From assembly GCA_963813155.1 (NCBI GenBank), contig CAWEYG010000002.1, positions 448,001 to 512,000 of the forward strand: a DNA stretch of 64,000 nt, written 5' to 3'. Positions within the stretch are counted from its first letter, which is position 1. Every line of letters begins with the position of its first letter. The notes beneath the pieces are model-generated. The model saw only the letters and a program-made list of their open reading frames with translations, did not search any database and was not told where the DNA came from. Source of the DNA: an uncultured Acidobacteriota bacterium. Its GTDB lineage: Bacteria > Acidobacteriota > Thermoanaerobaculia > UBA5066 > DATFVB01. A program made the position numbers and the translations under genes. Shown here piece after piece: positions 10,553 to 20,847 of the stretch.

Positions 10553-11644
10553 TCACGTGACGTGCTGCGACACATTGAGGAGAAGGCCGGCCGCGATGCA
10601 ATCCGCGACCAGCGCCGACCCGCCGTAGGAGAGGAACGGCAGCGGTATTCCCTTCGTCGGCAGGAGAGTCAGCACGACCCCGACGTTGATCGCCGCCTGC
10701 AGAACGATCATCGCCGTCGCTCCGCCGGCCAGGTAGGCGAGGTAGGGCTCGGGGGCTCGGCGCGCCGCGCGCAGTCCGCGCCACGCCACGACCCCGAAGA
10801 GGCCGAGCACCGCGATCGCGCCCAGGAACCCGAGCTCTTCGCCGACGATCGCGTAAATGAAATCGGTGTGGGGATAGGGAAGGAAGAAGAGTTTCTGACG
10901 CGACTGGCCGAGCCCGTTGCCGGTCCATCCGCCCGTCCCGACGGCGATGAGCGACTGCGCGGCCTGGAACCCTTTTCCGAGCGGGTCCGCCTCCGGGTGG
11001 AGGAACGAGAGGATCCGCTGGCGGCGATAGCTCGCCGAGACCACGAGGATCGCGAGGACGGGAAGGCTCGCGGCGGCGCCGAACGCGAAATACCGTAGCG
11101 GAGCTCCCGCCAGGAAGAAGAGGGCCGCCGCGACGAGCACGAGCGAGGTCGCGGTGCCCAGGTCCGGCTCGGCGAGAACCAGAGCGGTCGCGATCGCGAG
11201 GAAGAACGCGGTCGGCAGGATGCCCTGCACGAAATCGTCGAGCCGGTCTCGCTTGCGGTCGATCTGGTACGCGAGAAAGAGGACGAGCGCGACTTTGAGG
11301 AATTCCGCCGGCTGCAGCGTGAGCTTCCCGAACACGAGCCATCGGCGAGCGGAGTTGATCGGCGGCCGGAAGAGCACGGCCGCGCACAGCAGGAGGCAGA
11401 CCCCGAGCCCCGAATAGACGACCCACGGACGGCGGAAAAACGAGGCGTCGACCCTCGACACGCCGAAAGCCAGGCAGAGCCCGACGGCGAGAGCGATCAG
11501 CTGCTTGAACAGGTAACGGTACGGGTTCCCCCAGAGACGCGCCGCTTCGAGCGCCGACGCGCTGTAGATCATCACGCAGCCGAGCAGCGCGAGGGCGACG
11601 AACGCCGAAAAGAGAATCTTGTCGGACGCGAGCTTACGAGCCAT
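10553..11644 (-). CDS. ftsW: SEDS peptidoglycan polymerase FtsW
   Basis: QPAEFLK, PDLG, LPYPHTDFI and PFLSYGGS. Confidence 0.96.
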   Translation of the reverse strand: MARKLASDKILFSAFVALALLGCVMIYSASALEAARLWGNPYRYLFKQLIALAVGLCLAFGVSRVDASFFRRPWVVYSGLGVCLLLCAAVLFRPPINSARRWLVFGKLTLQPAEFLKVALVLFLAYQIDRKRDRLDDFVQGILPTAFFLAIATALVLAEPDLGTATSLVLVAAALFFLAGAPLRYFAFGAAASLPVLAILVVSASYRRQRILSFLHPEADPLGKGFQAAQSLIAVGTGGWTGNGLGQSRQKLFFLPYPHTDFIYAIVGEELGFLGAIAVLGLFGVVAWRGLRAARRAPEPYLAYLAGGATAMIVLQAAINVGVVLTLLPTKGIPLPFLSYGGSALVADCIAAGLLLNVSQHVT

Positions 11645-13019
11645 TGGCCCTCCGGGCGGCCGGCGCCGCGCCCTCGAGCGAACGCACGAGCTCCTCGAAC
11701 CGCTCTCCCCGGTGCTCGAAATCGCGGAATTGATCGAACGAAGCGCACGCCGGGGAAAGCAGGACCGTGTCGCCCGGTCGAGCGAGGCGGGCGCTTTCCT
11801 CGACGGCGCGTTCGAGGGTGCCTGCCCGCCGGACGTCGAGACCTTCGAGCGCGCGTTCGATCGCGTCCGCCGATTGCCCGATCGTCAGGACCACGCGAGC
11901 CGCTCGTCCGGCCTCTCCGCGGAGAATCGAGAAATCGCTGCCCTTCTCGGAGCCGCCGAGAACGAGAATGACACTCCCGTCGCGGTACCCGGCGAGCGAT
12001 TTCACGGTCGCGTCGGGATTCGTCCCCTTCGAATCGTTCACCCATTCGACGCCGCCGATCACGGCGACTCGCCGGCTGCGGTGGGGAAGGCCGGCGAAGG
12101 TCCGGAGACCTCCGGCGATCGCCGGGATCGGCGCGCCGAGACATTGGGCGGCGGCGGCCGCCGCCATCGCGTTTTCCAGGTTGTGAACGCCCGGAAGCGA
12201 GATTTCCGCGACTGGCAGCAGCGCTTCGCGCGCGCCGGAGATCTCGGAGACGAGCTCCCCTTTTTCCGCGTAGATCCCCCCGGCAACGCTCTTCCGCCGC
12301 GAGAATCCGACTCGCCGGGCCGGAGCGGCGAGGCTGGACGCTCCCCGGTCGTCTTCGTTCAAGACCGCGGCATCCGAGCCGCGCTGGTTCTCGAGGATCC
12401 GCGCCTTCGCGGCGGCGTATCTCTCGATTGTCCCGTGCCGGTCGAGGTGGTCCGGCGTGATGTTCGTTACGACCGCGACATCGAGCCGGAGCCGCTCGAT
12501 CGATTCCAGCTGGAACGAGGAGAGCTCCAGAACGAAATCGCGCGGGGCGCGCGACGCGCAGAAGTCGGAGAGGGGTGTGCCGATATTGCCGGCGAGCGCC
12601 GCGGGGCGGCCGGCGCGGCCCAGGAGCTCCGCCGTCCAGGTCGCGACCGTCGATTTGCCGTTCGTGCCCGTGACGCCGACGTAGCGGTTCTTCCCCTCGC
12701 GCTCTTCCTCGAGGATGCGCCACGCGACCTCGACCTCGGACAGAACGGGGATCTCCCGGGATCGCGCCTCGAGCACGGCCGGCGCCGACGTCGGGACCCC
12801 GGGCGAAATCGCGAGCAGCTCGGCTCCCTCCAGAAATGCGGGATCGGGCCCCGAGAAGAAAAGCGCGACGCCCCGCGCCCGCAACTCTCCGGCGGATCGG
12901 ACCTCGGGCTCGGACCGCCGGTCCCCCGCCGAAACCGCGATTCCGCGATCGCGCAGCGCGAGCGCGAGCGACCGACCGCTCCTCGCGAGACCCAGGACGG
13001 CGATTCTCTTCTCCTTCAT
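11634..13019 (-). CDS. murD: UDP-MurNAc-L-Ala--D-Glu ligase
   Basis: GLARSG, TGTNGKST, ELSSFQLE, DHLDRH, NDSKGTN and SPACASFDQF. Confidence 0.96.
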   Translation of the reverse strand: MKEKRIAVLGLARSGRSLALALRDRGIAVSAGDRRSEPEVRSAGELRARGVALFFSGPDPAFLEGAELLAISPGVPTSAPAVLEARSREIPVLSEVEVAWRILEEEREGKNRYVGVTGTNGKSTVATWTAELLGRAGRPAALAGNIGTPLSDFCASRAPRDFVLELSSFQLESIERLRLDVAVVTNITPDHLDRHGTIERYAAAKARILENQRGSDAAVLNEDDRGASSLAAPARRVGFSRRKSVAGGIYAEKGELVSEISGAREALLPVAEISLPGVHNLENAMAAAAAAQCLGAPIPAIAGGLRTFAGLPHRSRRVAVIGGVEWVNDSKGTNPDATVKSLAGYRDGSVILVLGGSEKGSDFSILRGEAGRAARVVLTIGQSADAIERALEGLDVRRAGTLERAVEESARLARPGDTVLLSPACASFDQFRDFEHRGERFEELVRSLEGAAPAARRANGS

Positions 13020-14101
13020 CTCAGTTTCAGCGTCGACAGCGCGAGCGTCGCAAAGAGGAGAGACAGGATCCAGAACCGAATGATCACGCGCGGCTCCGCC
13101 CACCCCGCGAGCTCGAAATGGTGGTGGAGCGGCGCCATGCGAAAGATCCTCTTTCCCGTGAGCTTGAAGGAAGCGACCTGGAGGATCACGGAGCCCGCCT
13201 CCAGCACGAACAGCCCGCCCACAATCGTGAGAAGGATCTCCTGCTTCGCCATGACGGCGATGATTCCGATCGCGCCGCCGAGAGGAAGCGAGCCCACGTC
13301 TCCCATGAAGACGTCGGCGGGATGGCAGTTGAACCAGAGAAAGCCGAGCGACGCCCCGACGACCGCTCCGCAGAGGACCGAGAGCTCCCCCGCGTCGGAC
13401 ACGAAGGGCACGCGCAGGTAATGCGCGACGATGGAGTTTCCCGCCACATACGTCAGCACGGCATAGGTGGCCGCGGCAATGCCGACCGCGCCGATCGCGA
13501 GACCGTCGAGCCCGTCCGTGAGGTTGACCGCGTTGGAGGACCCGACGACGACGACGGAAACGAAGGGAACGAACAGAATTCCCAGGTCGAGGTAGGCGTT
13601 CTTGAGAAAAGGAAATGTGAGAACCGTCGAAAGCCGCGGGGCCTGCGGCCAATGCTGAATCAAAAACGCCGCCGCCAGGGTCACGGCGAACTGCAGCAGG
13701 AGTTTCGCGCGGCCGGAAAGCCCGCGGTTGTGCTTGCGCCGGACTTTCGTCCAGTCGTCGAGAAAGCCGATTCCTCCGAGCGCCGCGGTCGTTCCGAGCG
13801 CGATCCAGACATCGCGGGTTCCGAGATCCATCCACAGGAGCGTGGCGAGGAAGATGGAGCCGAGAATGAGCAAGCCCCCCATCGTCGGGGTGCCGGCCTT
13901 TTTGTAGTGCGATTCCGGCCCCTCCTTCCGAACGAATTGCTTCAGCTGCCACGATTTCAGTTTCCGGATGGCCCACGGGCCGAGCCACAGCGACAGGATC
14001 AGCGCCGTCACCGCGGCCATCGCGGTGCGAAACGTGATGTAGCGAAAAACATTGAACGCCGGAAAACGGCTGCGAAGCGGGTAGAGCAGCGCGTCGAGCA
14101 T
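13016..14101 (-). CDS. mraY: Phospho-MurNAc-pentapeptide transferase
   Basis: KKAGTPTMGG, NAVNLTDGLDGL, FMGDVGS and MAPLHHHFE. Confidence 0.97.
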   Translation of the reverse strand: MLDALLYPLRSRFPAFNVFRYITFRTAMAAVTALILSLWLGPWAIRKLKSWQLKQFVRKEGPESHYKKAGTPTMGGLLILGSIFLATLLWMDLGTRDVWIALGTTAALGGIGFLDDWTKVRRKHNRGLSGRAKLLLQFAVTLAAAFLIQHWPQAPRLSTVLTFPFLKNAYLDLGILFVPFVSVVVVGSSNAVNLTDGLDGLAIGAVGIAAATYAVLTYVAGNSIVAHYLRVPFVSDAGELSVLCGAVVGASLGFLWFNCHPADVFMGDVGSLPLGGAIGIIAVMAKQEILLTIVGGLFVLEAGSVILQVASFKLTGKRIFRMAPLHHHFELAGWAEPRVIIRFWILSLLFATLALSTLKLR

Positions 14102-15462
14102 CAGCCCCGCAGCCCATCGCTGACGAGGTCCAGGCGGATTCCGCGCGAACCCTTGACGAGAACGACGTCGCCCGGCTCGAGGAGCGGCCGGAGGTACGGG
14201 GCCACTTCCGAGGCCTCCGCGAAGTACTCGATCCTGTCGGCCGCGAGGCCCGCGTCGCCGGCTCCCCGGCCGATTTCGCGGGCGAGCGCTCCGACACACA
14301 GCAGCCGGTCGACCCGCTCGGCGGCAAAGGCCCCGACGTCGCGGTGAAGCCGCGCGCCGTCGGCGCCGAGCTCGAGCATGTCGCCCAGGACCGCGATCTT
14401 GCGGGCGCGGCCGCCCGATTCGAAAAGCGCCGCCAGGGCCGCGCGGGCGGCGAGCGGGCTCGAGTTGTACGAATCGTCGATGAGCGTCGCCCCGGAAGGG
14501 AGCAGAACGGTCTTTCCCCGCCGCTCGGGAACCGAGAACGCGTTCGCGGCCCCCGCGACTTCCGAGGCGTGAAAGCCCCACGCGAGCGCCATCGCGGCCG
14601 CGCAAAGAAAATTCGAAACCTGGTGGCGCCCCGTCGCGCCGAGGCGAACCGGCTCGGTTTCCCCTCGCATCGACAACTCGAAGCGCACTTCGCCCAGCTC
14701 GGGAGCCTCGACTCCGAGGGCCGAGACGTCCGCTCCCGCCGTTCCGAACGAAATCTTCTTTCCGCCGTATTCTTTCGCCCGGCGGCTCAGCCGCTCGTCG
14801 TCGGAATTGAACACGAGCGTGCCCTCCGGCGCGAGGCCCTCGACGATCTCCCACTTCGCGTCGGCGATTTCGTCGACGGACGCGAAGTTCTGCCGGTGAG
14901 CCGAGGAAACGTTCGTGATCGCGGCCGTTTCAGGTCGAAAGAGCCGCGACAGAAGGGAGATCTCCCCCGGGTGGCTCATCCCGAACTCGCCGGCGACCGC
15001 CTCGCAGCCCTCCTCCAGGTTCAGGATCGCCATGGGAACGCCGATGCCGCTGTTGAGGTTGCCCTTCGTTTTCCCCGTTCGAAATCGGACGGCGAAGATC
15101 GCGGCCGCCATTTCCTTCGTCGTCGTCTTGCCGACCGACCCCGTCACCGCCGCCAGCCGGAAGCCCGCCTGCCGGCGCTTCTCCGCCGCGAGCTTCTGCA
15201 GGGCTTCGAGCGGATCCGGCACGACGAACAGCGCCCGCGCGCCATTGATCGCCGGCGGCACCCTCGACACGAGGGCCGCCCGGGCGCCCTTTTCGAACGC
15301 GGCACCGACGAATTCGTGACCGTCGACGCGCTCTCCCGGAAGGGCGACGAACAGGTTTCCCGGCTCGACCCGGCGGGAATCGACCGCGACGCCCTCCATC
15401 TCGAAATCCGGCAGGGGCGGCGTTCCCCAGGTCGCGGCGGCCTCTCGCGCGTGGATCTTCAT
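14101..15462 (-). CDS. murF: UDP-MurNAc-tripeptide--D-Ala-D-Ala ligase
   Basis: TGSVGKTTTKE, DDSYNSSP, LGDMLELG and VKGSRG. Confidence 0.95.
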   Translation of the reverse strand: MKIHAREAAATWGTPPLPDFEMEGVAVDSRRVEPGNLFVALPGERVDGHEFVGAAFEKGARAALVSRVPPAINGARALFVVPDPLEALQKLAAEKRRQAGFRLAAVTGSVGKTTTKEMAAAIFAVRFRTGKTKGNLNSGIGVPMAILNLEEGCEAVAGEFGMSHPGEISLLSRLFRPETAAITNVSSAHRQNFASVDEIADAKWEIVEGLAPEGTLVFNSDDERLSRRAKEYGGKKISFGTAGADVSALGVEAPELGEVRFELSMRGETEPVRLGATGRHQVSNFLCAAAMALAWGFHASEVAGAANAFSVPERRGKTVLLPSGATLIDDSYNSSPLAARAALAALFESGGRARKIAVLGDMLELGADGARLHRDVGAFAAERVDRLLCVGALAREIGRGAGDAGLAADRIEYFAEASEVAPYLRPLLEPGDVVLVKGSRGIRLDLVSDGLRG

Positions 15463-16955
15463 GAAACGCCGGATTTCCGGAGACGCGCGGCGAATTCCGC
15501 GGCGACGGCGCGGTCGTCGAACGGATCCGACCGGTTGCCGATGACCTGAACCGTCTCGTGACCCTTTCCCGCGATGACGACGATCGAACGCGAGTTGGCG
15601 AGCTCGATCGCTTTCTCGATCGCCTCGCGCCGGTCGACGAACTTCAGGTACTTCGACGCGCCGCCGTTCCGCAGCCCCGCCTCCACTTCCCGGAGGATCT
15701 CGGCCGGGTCTTCGCCCCGGGGATTGTCGGACGTCGCGATCGGAATGTCGGAGAGCTCGGCTGCGGCTCGGCCCATCGGCTCGCGCTTGCCGCGGTCGCG
15801 GTCGCCTCCGCACCCGAAAACGAGAATGATCGTCCGATCCGTGAGCTCGCGGACTCCCGACAGGAGCCTTCGGAGCGCGTCTTCCGTGTGCGCGTAGTCG
15901 ACGAGAATCGTGAACGGCTGCCCGGCGTCGACCCTTTCCATCCGGCCGGGCGCTCCACGGCTTTTCCCCAGCGCCGCGCGAATCGTGCCGGGCTCGATCC
16001 CCAGAGCGCGCGAGGCGGCCCAGGCGCCGAGCAGGTTCTCGACGTTGAAGCGGCCGACGAGCGGGCTCTCGATCTTCTGCTCCCGCGCCCCGGGGGCAAG
16101 CGCCGTTCCCTCGACCCGAAAGCTCGTCCCTTCGAGGCCGACGGAGATCCCCACCGCACGGAAATCCGCTGAGGGTTTTCCGGAGGGGGAGAACGAGAAC
16201 CGGGGACCCGCGATCCGCTCGAAGAGCCCCGCGCCGAACGGGTCGTCGATGTTCACGATCCCAACGCCCCCCTCCTTTCGAAAACCGAAGAGCCGGGCCT
16301 TGGCGGCGCCGTAATTTTCGAGCGTCCCGTGAAAATCGAGATGGTCGCGCGTCAGGTTCGTGAACACGGCCGCGTCGAACCGCAGTCCGGCCACCCGCTC
16401 CAGCGAAAGCGCGTGCGAAGAGACCTCCATCGCGCACGCGGGAACGCGCTCGGCGACCATTTGCGCGAGCGCCTCCGCGAGGACGTCCCCCTCGGGCGTC
16501 GTGCGGGGCGCCTCGAGACTGCGGCCGCCCCAGCGGTAACCGGTGGTTCCGAGAAATCCCGACGCTCCCCAGGCCTCGCGAAACACGTCGGAGAGAAGAA
16601 CGGCCGTCGTCGTCTTTCCGTTCGTGCCCGTGATTCCGGCCAGACGAAGGTGTCGCGCCGGGTCGCCGAGCGCCCGCGAGCTCAGGACCGCCGCCGCGAG
16701 CCGAGCGTTCGAAACGCGCACCCAGGGAACGGAGAGGGGCTCGGCGGGACGCGCCGACTCCGCGGCGACCGCGGCCGCGCCCCGACCGATCGCGCTCCGG
16801 GCGAAGTCCATGCCGTTCGCCTTTTCCCCGCGGATCGCCACGAACAGCGAGCCGCTCCCGGCGCGGCGGGAGTCGGAGACGACCGAGGAAATTTCGGGAT
16901 CGGGGGGCGGTTGGAAATCGGAGGGGTAGTCCGCGAGCAATTCCGTCAACCTCAT
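15459..16955 (-). CDS. murE: UDP-MurNAc-dipeptide--meso-DAP ligase
   Basis: TGTNGKTT, EVSSH, VDYAHT, DNPR (DAP-specific motif) and AGKGHE. Confidence 0.96.
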   Translation of the reverse strand: MRLTELLADYPSDFQPPPDPEISSVVSDSRRAGSGSLFVAIRGEKANGMDFARSAIGRGAAAVAAESARPAEPLSVPWVRVSNARLAAAVLSSRALGDPARHLRLAGITGTNGKTTTAVLLSDVFREAWGASGFLGTTGYRWGGRSLEAPRTTPEGDVLAEALAQMVAERVPACAMEVSSHALSLERVAGLRFDAAVFTNLTRDHLDFHGTLENYGAAKARLFGFRKEGGVGIVNIDDPFGAGLFERIAGPRFSFSPSGKPSADFRAVGISVGLEGTSFRVEGTALAPGAREQKIESPLVGRFNVENLLGAWAASRALGIEPGTIRAALGKSRGAPGRMERVDAGQPFTILVDYAHTEDALRRLLSGVRELTDRTIILVFGCGGDRDRGKREPMGRAAAELSDIPIATSDNPRGEDPAEILREVEAGLRNGGASKYLKFVDRREAIEKAIELANSRSIVVIAGKGHETVQVIGNRSDPFDDRAVAAEFAARLRKSGVS

Positions 16956-18925
16956 GGGGAGGAGGATCCCGAGAGCTGGAGCCGGCACGAATCGCCCGGA
17001 ACGACCGGCGACCCCGACTCGGGGTCCTGCGAGACGACGAATCCCGAACCCGTCAACTTCGCTTCGACACCCCGCCGGGACAACTCCGCGATCGCGACGC
17101 GGGCCGGGAGACCGATCAGGTCGGGCATGCGATCGGCCGTTTCCGCCGCGGAGCCGCGGGACAGCGCGGCCGGCACGACGCCGGAGGCGAAAACCGGCCT
17201 CCTCTGAGCGACCTGAATCGGCGGCGCCGCGGGCGCGGGCACGACCGACCCCGACGGCGGAACTCCGAGCATCGGAAGCATCCGGGAGAGGATTCGCCCG
17301 AAGACGGGCGCCGCGACTTCGCTCGCGAAATACTGCCCGCGGGGCTCGTCGATCGTCACGACGAGCGTGACACGCGGATCGTCGGCCGGGGCGAACCCGG
17401 CAAACGTCGCGACGAACTTGTCCCGCGAATAGCCGTGGCCGATCGCCTTTTGCGCGGTCCCCGTCTTCCCCGCGACGAGGTAGCCCTCCGCGGCCGCCCT
17501 CTTGCCCGTGCCTTCGACGACGACGCTGCGCAGGATGTCGTTCATTGCCGACACGGTCGACGCCGACAGGACGCGCTGCGGCGGAAACGGGGGCGCCGCC
17601 GATTCCCCGCCGTCGGGGTCGATCGTGCGAGCGCGGATCCTGGGCCGAACGCGGTACCCTCCGTTCGCGATGACGGACATCGCCACCCCGATCTGTACCG
17701 GAGTGACCGAGACTTCCTGGCCGTAGGAGATCGACGCGTTCGAAAGCAGGCTCCATTGCGAGACCTGCCTCAGGATTCCGGCGTTTTCCCCCGGCAGGTC
17801 GATGCCGGTGGATTCGCCGACGCCAAAGGAACGGACCGCCGAATACATCCTCTGCGGCCCGAGGCGAAGACCGAGCCTCACCATGCCGACGTTCGACGAT
17901 TTCGCGATCACCTGCGAGAACGGAATGATCCCGTAGCGCTCGTGCTCGGCGTCATGAATGACGAAATTTCCAACCTGAATCGAGCCCTGGCCGCAGTCCA
18001 CGGGATCCGCGGGCGCCGCGATTCCCGACTCGATCATCGCGGAGCCGGTGATCACTTTGAACACGGAGCCCGGCTCGTAGCTGTTCGTGATCGGAAGATT
18101 GCGCCAGTCCGACGGGGAAAATTGAGAATACCGGTTCGGGTCGAACGTGGGAAACGAAGCCATCGCGAGCACGTCGCCGGTGCGCGGATCCATCGCGACG
18201 ACGCTGCCGTCCCGGGCGCCCGTCTCGGCGATCGCGCGCGCGAGCTCCTGCTCGGCCACGAATTGCAGGTCCCGGTCGAGCGTGAGAACGATCGCCGACC
18301 CCTGCCGCCCCTCCCGGCCGGGGATCGGCGTCAGGGCGTACCCTTCCTGGCGAGCATCGCGCGAGACGCGCATCTCGCCTTCGCGGCCCCGGATCGAGCC
18401 GTCGTATTCGAATTCGACGCCGCCCAGCCCCTCGCCGTCGAGCCCCACGTACCCGAGCACGTTCGCAGCGAGGGACTCGTTGGGATAGAAGCGGCGAACC
18501 TCCGGCAGAAGGTCGATGCCCGGAAGCTTTCGCTGGCGGAGCCTGTCGGCGGTGGAATCGTCGATCTTCCGCGCGACCCACGTGAAAGCCTTGTCGGCCG
18601 TGAGCTTCGCGAGGACCTCGCGCGCGGGAATGCCGAGGATCGCCGCGAGCTCGCGGGCCTCGGCGGTGGGGTTCGTGACCTTGTCGGGCACGGCGAACGC
18701 CGAGAAGGCTTCCACCGAGATCGCCAGCTCGCGGTTCGCGCGGTCGAAGATCGAGCCGCGGCGGGGCGAAAGCCGGACCGTGCGCTCCTGCTGCTGCCGG
18801 GCGCGCGAGCGGTAGGCGGGCCCCCGGACGATCTGCACCTGCGCGAGCCGGAACCCCACGGAGACCCCCCAGAGCCCGAGAAGGATCCCGAAGGCGGCGA
18901 GCCTTTTCGGCGAGATGCCGTTCAT
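16952..18925 (-). CDS. ftsI: Class B penicillin-binding protein FtsI with C-terminal PASTA domain
   Basis: RGSIFDR, EPGSVFK (SxxK), SSN, KTGT and a PASTA-like C-terminus. Confidence 0.93.
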   Translation of the reverse strand: MNGISPKRLAAFGILLGLWGVSVGFRLAQVQIVRGPAYRSRARQQQERTVRLSPRRGSIFDRANRELAISVEAFSAFAVPDKVTNPTAEARELAAILGIPAREVLAKLTADKAFTWVARKIDDSTADRLRQRKLPGIDLLPEVRRFYPNESLAANVLGYVGLDGEGLGGVEFEYDGSIRGREGEMRVSRDARQEGYALTPIPGREGRQGSAIVLTLDRDLQFVAEQELARAIAETGARDGSVVAMDPRTGDVLAMASFPTFDPNRYSQFSPSDWRNLPITNSYEPGSVFKVITGSAMIESGIAAPADPVDCGQGSIQVGNFVIHDAEHERYGIIPFSQVIAKSSNVGMVRLGLRLGPQRMYSAVRSFGVGESTGIDLPGENAGILRQVSQWSLLSNASISYGQEVSVTPVQIGVAMSVIANGGYRVRPRIRARTIDPDGGESAAPPFPPQRVLSASTVSAMNDILRSVVVEGTGKRAAAEGYLVAGKTGTAQKAIGHGYSRDKFVATFAGFAPADDPRVTLVVTIDEPRGQYFASEVAAPVFGRILSRMLPMLGVPPSGSVVPAPAAPPIQVAQRRPVFASGVVPAALSRGSAAETADRMPDLIGLPARVAIAELSRRGVEAKLTGSGFVVSQDPESGSPVVPGDSCRLQLSGSSSP

Positions 18926-19269
18926 GGCTTCCCGGCTTTCGAAACGAAATAGACCTGCCCCGGTTTCGCCGCCACCAGGTTCGCCTTGCGGGCGAATTCG
19001 GCCGCCCGCTCGGGGTTCGTGTCGGCCGCCATCCGGAGGACGAGCTTCTGCCGCGCTTCCTGCAGCCGGGCGACCGTTCGCCGGCCCCGATCGATCTCGT
19101 ATCCGACCTGGACCGTCTGCAGGTGAAGCCCGGTGTACGTCAGCAGGGCCACGGCGACGGGCAGCACGGCGGCGACCAGGGCGAGCAGCTCTTTCCCGCG
19201 GCGGCCGTCGCGCTCCCGGGCGACCCGGGAATTTTCGACGCGTTTGAATTCGGCATAGACCGAGCTCAT
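18922..19269 (-). CDS. ftsL: Cell division protein FtsL-like
   Basis: 115 aa with a TM helix and coiled coil, between rsmH and ftsI, with ATGA overlaps at both ends. Confidence 0.8.
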   Translation of the reverse strand: MSSVYAEFKRVENSRVARERDGRRGKELLALVAAVLPVAVALLTYTGLHLQTVQVGYEIDRGRRTVARLQEARQKLVLRMAADTNPERAAEFARKANLVAAKPGQVYFVSKAGKP

Positions 19270-20195
19270 GGCCTCGCCGAGACCCTCTCGGCCACCCGAA
19301 GCCGCGCGCTGCGCGACCGGGGGTTGCGGTCGATTTCCGCGGCGGACGTGCGGATCGGCCGGCGCGTCAGGATCTTCAGGATCCGCTCTCCCCCGCAGAC
19401 GCAAACCGGCAGCGCCGGGGGACACTGGCATCCGGAAGACTCCCTTCGAAAGTAGTCCTTCACGATGCGATCCTCGAGGGAGTGGTAGGAGAGCATGGCG
19501 AGCCGCCCTTCGAGCTCGAGCCTCTCGACGGCGGTCTTCAGGAAGCGCGAGAGGGACGCGAGCTCCTGGTTGACTTCGATCCGCAGGGCCTGGAACACCC
19601 GCGTGGCGGGATCGATCTTTCCGCCCCGTCCGACGACTCCCTCGACGAGAGTCGCGAGTTGCCGCGTCGTCAGGATCGGGTTCGTCTCCCGTTCCTTGAC
19701 GATCCTCTGCGCGATCTTGTACGCCATTCTTTCCTCCCCGTATTCGCGAAATATTCGCGTCAGCTCCGGCACGTCGCCGCGAGCGACGATGTCGGCTGCG
19801 GTTTCGCCCGCCGAGCCCATCCGCATGTCGAGGGGACCGTCGCGCCGAAAGGAGAATCCCCGGGACCCCTCGTCGATCTGCATCGAAGAAACTCCCAGGT
19901 CGGCAAGAATGCCGAGCGCTCCGCGCTCCCCCGCCTCGTCCATGGCCTCTCCCAGCTCCACGAAATTCCCAAGATGGAAAACCACACGCCCGCGAAACGG
20001 GGCGAGACGCTCGCGGCAGATGGCGAGCGCCGCGGGGTCGCGGTCCAGGGCGAGAAGCCGCACTCCCGGATCGGCCTCGAGGAGCGCCGCCGCGTGGCCG
20101 CCCGCGCCCGCCGTCGCATCGACGAAAAGACCCTCGCGGGGCGAGAGGAGTTGCACCGTCTCTTGGAGGAGAACGGGAGCGTGCGGAGCACCCAT
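19266..20195 (-). CDS. rsmH: 16S rRNA m4C1402 methyltransferase
   Basis: HAPVLL, DLGVSSMQ, PLDMRM, ATRVFQALRIEVN, HSLEDR and NPRSRSA. Confidence 0.97.
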   Translation of the reverse strand: MGAPHAPVLLQETVQLLSPREGLFVDATAGAGGHAAALLEADPGVRLLALDRDPAALAICRERLAPFRGRVVFHLGNFVELGEAMDEAGERGALGILADLGVSSMQIDEGSRGFSFRRDGPLDMRMGSAGETAADIVARGDVPELTRIFREYGEERMAYKIAQRIVKERETNPILTTRQLATLVEGVVGRGGKIDPATRVFQALRIEVNQELASLSRFLKTAVERLELEGRLAMLSYHSLEDRIVKDYFRRESSGCQCPPALPVCVCGGERILKILTRRPIRTSAAEIDRNPRSRSARLRVAERVSARP

Positions 20196-20201
20196 GTCGA
20201 C

Positions 20202-20648
20202 CTAAAGCAACAGCTTCGAGAGTTCGTCGTAGTCCTCCACCGTGAAGTTTTCGGTCGCCATGCGATCGCGCGTGGCTCCCCGGTCGGTCACGACGAGATG
20301 GTCGATGTTTCCGGTGACGACGACGTCGCCCGACAGGCCGGAGGTTTCGCGGAGGATCGCGGGAAGCAGCGTGCGCCCCTGTCCGTCGAGCTTTTCCTGC
20401 TGCCCGAAATAGTTGACCCTCTCGAGGAACTTCATCTTCGAGCGGTGAACCGCCGGAGCCGCGACGAGGCGCTCTTCGATCGTCTGCCACACGGAAAGGG
20501 GATAAACGAGACCCTCCTTGCCGTGAATCGACGTGACGAAGAGATCGTTTCCGAACGCTTCTTCGATCTGACGCCGAAAGACGTTCGGAATCTTGAGCCG
20601 GCCTTTCTCGTCGATCGAGGCCGGTGCGCTACCCCGAAACCGATCCAT
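20202..20648 (-). CDS. mraZ: Division/cell wall cluster regulator MraZ
   Basis: IDEKGRL and LDGQGR repeats; first gene of the dcw cluster. Confidence 0.93.
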   Translation of the reverse strand: MDRFRGSAPASIDEKGRLKIPNVFRRQIEEAFGNDLFVTSIHGKEGLVYPLSVWQTIEERLVAAPAVHRSKMKFLERVNYFGQQEKLDGQGRTLLPAILRETSGLSGDVVVTGNIDHLVVTDRGATRDRMATENFTVEDYDELSKLLL

Positions 20649-20652
20649 CGGG

Positions 20653-20721
20653 ACCACTCCTATCCACTTTTACCCAGAATTACCCACGAGCATGTTAGGG
20701 TTCGGCGCTCGTAACAGTCAA
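20653..20721 (-). promoter_or_regulatory. dcw promoter with MraZ-binding repeats
   Basis: Minus strand TTGACT(20721-20716)-N18-TAACAT(20697-20692), followed by GTGGG, CTGGG, GTGGA and GTGGT at an exact 10-bp period. Confidence 0.8.
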
Positions 20722-20847
20722 GATAAAAAAGGGGTTGCGCGGAGATCCGGGCGTAAGGAAGGCGTCAGGCGTCAGGCGTCAGACCCTGGCAGTGGTCTAG
20801 TTTGAATCATCAGCATCGGACGGGTTAGCGGATAATCCGCCGTACTC

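Noticed and set aside
8180-11098. 972-aa + strand ORF and similar long antisense ORFs (e.g. 51404-54139, 39806-42247)
   Set aside because: These are shadows of real genes on the other strand in GC-rich DNA and carry no recognisable motifs.
4956-20648. Absence of murB and ddl from the dcw cluster
   Set aside because: A common lineage variation; the genes are tightly overlapped with no sign of a deletion.
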